62,429 nt of DNA from Promethearchaeota archaeon (lineage in GTDB: Archaea > Asgardarchaeota > Lokiarchaeia > Sigyniarchaeales > SOKP01): assembly GCA_019894975.1 (NCBI GenBank), contig JAGXNO010000020.1, positions 1-62,429 on the forward strand, written 5' to 3'. This document shows positions 59,925 to 62,429 of the stretch, piece after piece. The first letter of the stretch is position 1; each line of letters begins with the position of its first letter. Under the pieces are notes generated by a model, which saw nothing but the letters and a program-made list of their open reading frames with translations, searched no databases and had not been told where the DNA came from. The position numbers and the translations under genes were made by a program.

Positions 59925-60221
59925 GCCTCCGTTGCCCATTCCCATGGATCTAGTGGGAAGGAAGGATTAAAAAAATATGGAGATATTGGAGTGTTATTTT
60001 CAGAAGAGGAGCTCATAAGAAAAGGAAAGACTGAGGAAACTTGCTCAGTATTGATAGACATCCTTGAGACATGGATAAATGATTTAAAATTGGAACGATT
60101 AGGTAAATATAGGATTAAAATTGAAAATGTGGAACCGATTATTGAGAGAACTGGCTTAAAAAATAATCCTGTTAAATTAGTCAAAGAAGATATAAAAAAA
60201 ATCGTGCTAAACCGATTATAA
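59925..60221 (+). pseudogene. C-terminal remnant of an iron-containing alcohol dehydrogenase
   Basis: LKKYGDIG...W...LKLERLGKYRI...KNNPVKLVKEDIKKIV..RL resembles the Fe-ADH C-terminus; the N-terminal bulk of the gene is absent. Confidence 0.65.
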
Positions 60222-60237
60222 TTTTACAAATAAATCC

Positions 60238-60747
60238 TTATAGTTTCTTAATAATTTCTTTTGCTAATAGTTTAAAAGCTAAATCAATATTTTGGCCTGT
60301 TTTAGAAGAAATTTTTATGTATTTAAAAAAATCATATTCCTTTGGAAATCCCCGAGCAAATTTATCATCAACAGTAACCGATTCAGTTAAATCTAATTTA
60401 GTACCTAAAAAAATTATTGGTATTCCTGGGTTTTTACCTCGGCAAATTTTAACCCATTGAGCTATGCTTTCTAAACTAGAAGGGCGGGTAAGGTCAAAAA
60501 GTAAAAGAGCTCCTCTAGCGCCTATAGCATAATTTTCAAGTAAAGGTCTAAAATGATCCTGCCCCCCAAAGTCCCAAATTTGTAAACTAATTGATTCTCC
60601 TTTAATGTCTAGCTCTTTAATGAAGAATTCCACACCTAGTGTCATTTTTGTGTCAGCCAGGAAACGTCCCTCCACGTAACGATAAAGGAGCGTTGTCTTG
60701 CCTACACCTCCGTCTCCTGCTGTTATAACTTTGAGAAGCTTGGCCAT
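60238..60747 (-). CDS. Rab-like small GTPase
   Basis: GDGGVGKT, TLGVEF, WDFGGQ, GTKLD, ISSK. Confidence 0.93.
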   Translation of the reverse strand: MAKLLKVITAGDGGVGKTTLLYRYVEGRFLADTKMTLGVEFFIKELDIKGESISLQIWDFGGQDHFRPLLENYAIGARGALLLFDLTRPSSLESIAQWVKICRGKNPGIPIIFLGTKLDLTESVTVDDKFARGFPKEYDFFKYIKISSKTGQNIDLAFKLLAKEIIKKL

Positions 60748-60891
60748 TTTAAATCACTATCGATGCAAAATTTTAATAAATGGATTATTTTAGGATTGTA
60801 ATATTTCAAATTACTTTAATATTATATATGAAATCTAAATTAAAATGTATGTAGTATTTTTTATAAAAAACTAAATTTAGTGTAAGACAAG

Positions 60892-61335
60892 TTAAACTCT
60901 TTCTATTGATAAAAATTTTTTTTGTCGAAGAAAAATTGAACCTAAACCTGTTAATCTTGCTTTCTTGCGTAATTCAGAATCGTTTGTGGCTAGAAAAGTA
61001 TTATATCCTTCATCTTTTAACTCTAAAGATTTCTTTAAGAGAAATTCATCAGTTGATTCATCCCTATCTTTAATTTCTTCCAAGAAGATGATCTCATAGT
61101 TTTTTTTTTTTCTCTCAAGATATAATAATCCTGAATCTAACAACCTAATAAATTTGGTACTCTTTGATTCTCTCCTTCTTTTAGCTTCAAGTTCATCAAG
61201 GATTTGCTTAAATATGATAAATCTCAATTCTCCTTCTAAAGTTAACCTTATTTCATTTAAATAATCAATTTTAAACTGAAAAGGAAGTAAAATGAAATTT
61301 GAATCAATTATTATAAGACTTGTATTAGGCTTCAA
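60892..61335 (-). CDS. PIN-domain ribonuclease, Fcf1/Utp24-like
   Basis: IIDSNFILLPFQFKID, ILDELE, TDEFL, LATNDSELRKKAR..G..IFLRQKK. Confidence 0.88.
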   Translation of the reverse strand: MKPNTSLIIIDSNFILLPFQFKIDYLNEIRLTLEGELRFIIFKQILDELEAKRRRESKSTKFIRLLDSGLLYLERKKKNYEIIFLEEIKDRDESTDEFLLKKSLELKDEGYNTFLATNDSELRKKARLTGLGSIFLRQKKFLSIERV

Positions 61336-61853
61336 TAAGTCTGTCGCTCTAATATTTTTTGGGTTAATATATTGAACGCATCACTCACATGTTTTCCCGT
61401 TTTAGATGAGATTTTAAGAAAGTTAATTAAATTATATTCTTTAAGAAATGATTTTGCGTAATCATCATCAACTTGAATTTCATCTTCTAAATCTAGCTTT
61501 GTCCCCACGAAAAGGACGGGAAGATTAGGGTCTCCCTTTCGGACGATGTTAAGCCATTGCTCCAAGTTTTGAAGACTGGACATCCTAGTAAGGTCAAACA
61601 TGAGCAGTGCTCCTTTAGCACCTAGGACATAGCTTTCAAGTAAAAAACGAAATCGCTCCTGTCCTCCAAAATCCCAGAGTTGAAGGGTGCATTGTTTACT
61701 ATCAATCTCCGTCTCTTTTAGGAAAAACTCAACGCCAATAGTCATCTTCGTTTCTGCTGAGAATCTTCCTTCCACGTATCTGTGTAGGAGCGTTGTTTTT
61801 CCAACTCCACCTTCTCCTGCAGTCAAGATTTTTAGTATGAACTTCTGTGGCAT
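61332..61853 (-). CDS. Rab-like small GTPase, close paralog of 60238..60747
   Basis: GEGGVGKT, TIGVEF, WDFGGQERF, GTKLD, ISSK; its stop overlaps the PIN gene start (TTGA). Confidence 0.93.
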   Translation of the reverse strand: MPQKFILKILTAGEGGVGKTTLLHRYVEGRFSAETKMTIGVEFFLKETEIDSKQCTLQLWDFGGQERFRFLLESYVLGAKGALLMFDLTRMSSLQNLEQWLNIVRKGDPNLPVLFVGTKLDLEDEIQVDDDYAKSFLKEYNLINFLKISSKTGKHVSDAFNILTQKILERQTY

Positions 61854-62138
61854 TCTTACAATCTCTTTTTCCTTATTGGGTGATTTTTTAATATATTAAT
61901 CTTTCGAGGATTTTATTCAGATCAATAATTTTTGATGTTATAAATATAATCTAATTACGAATTAATATTCTTTTTTCAAAAGACAATTTGATTTTAGGTT
62001 TTGTTTTATAATATTATTTTATTTTTGATTTTTATTCTTTTTTCCAAATATAATTCAATAATAGGCATTTTCAAAATAAATTTTATTAATTTAGGAATAA
62101 TAATTTCACCAAGTCTCTTTCAAAAAGGTGATTTAAAA

Positions 62139-62429
62139 ATGAAAATGAAAAAGAAAATACCAACAGATGATGATTTAAAAAGATTGGGAGTAAAATCATG
62201 GGGTACTTGGAGTAAGGAAGTGAGTGAGTTTGATTGGTCTTATGATGACACAGAAACATGTTATATTCTTGATGGAGAAGTAGAGGTAAGAGATCCCTTG
62301 TCAGGAGAAAAAATAGATTTCAAAAAAGGAGACATTGTTCAGTTCGAAAGGGGATTGAAGTGTGTGTGGGATGTAAAAAAACCCGTGAGAAAATATTTTA
62401 GCTTTGATTTGGAATTTGGGGCTATAGAC
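62139..62429 (+). CDS. Cupin-domain protein (DUF861/cupin_3-like), runs off the window end
   Basis: Not in the track because there is no stop in the window. MKMKK...LGVKSWGTWSKEVSEFDWSYDDTETCYILDGEV...GDIVQFERGLKCVWDV..PVRKY; GGTGA SD upstream. Confidence 0.88.
   Translation, partial: MKMKKKIPTDDDLKRLGVKSWGTWSKEVSEFDWSYDDTETCYILDGEVEVRDPLSGEKIDFKKGDIVQFERGLKCVWDVKKPVRKYFSFDLEFGAID

Noticed and set aside
59792-60184. 130-aa minus-strand ORF as a real gene
   Set aside because: Its first two-thirds is the antisense of the Fe-ADH remnant; at most the last ~50 codons are a gene fragment.
368-61899. Short antisense or overlapping ORFs in the track (e.g. 368..595, 2089..2448, 5001..5342, 12249..12668, 12665..13033, 30836..31108, 49050..49331, 61687..61899)
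   Set aside because: They overlap well-supported genes and have no recognisable motifs, so they are treated as shadow ORFs.
1-62429. CRISPR arrays, rRNA genes, intact IS elements or provirus
   Set aside because: No regularly spaced repeats, long GC-rich structural RNA, transposase, integrase or capsid genes were recognised.

Overview
AT-rich archaeal chromosomal segment, most likely Asgard (Lokiarchaeia/Promethearchaeia). This is inferred from four Rab-like small GTPases, a longin-roadblock protein, a Loki-CTERM-type sorting tail, an archaeal tRNA-Pro and GGTGA/GGAGG Shine-Dalgarno sites. It carries PAS/GAF histidine kinases, an Hsp20-Cdc48-ArsR-protease stress cluster, DAP-pathway lysine genes interleaved with deoxyhypusine synthase, arginine decarboxylase and a SET protein, fatty-acid and C1 genes (FadD, two ACADs, AOR, CdhD, corrinoid protein, MtaA-like), a DsrE/TusA/LysR module, an Hrq1/MrfA-type helicase and an elongated Spt5. 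The main finding is that the apparently frameshifted cdhD gene contains a 29-nt insert (31053-31081) that folds into a canonical bulge-helix-bulge motif. Cutting at the canonical splicing-endonuclease positions restores the frame (WEEV|IPLAVKY), so this is a candidate endonuclease-spliced mRNA intron in a Wood-Ljungdahl gene. Other notable items: a stand-alone circularly permuted (G3-G4-G5-G1-G2) Rab-like GTPase, genes that appear to start at ATA/ATC behind good SD sites, and an unannotated 35-aa zinc-finger microprotein. No CRISPR array, rRNA or intact transposase was seen. All family calls come from motif recognition by eye, not from database searches.
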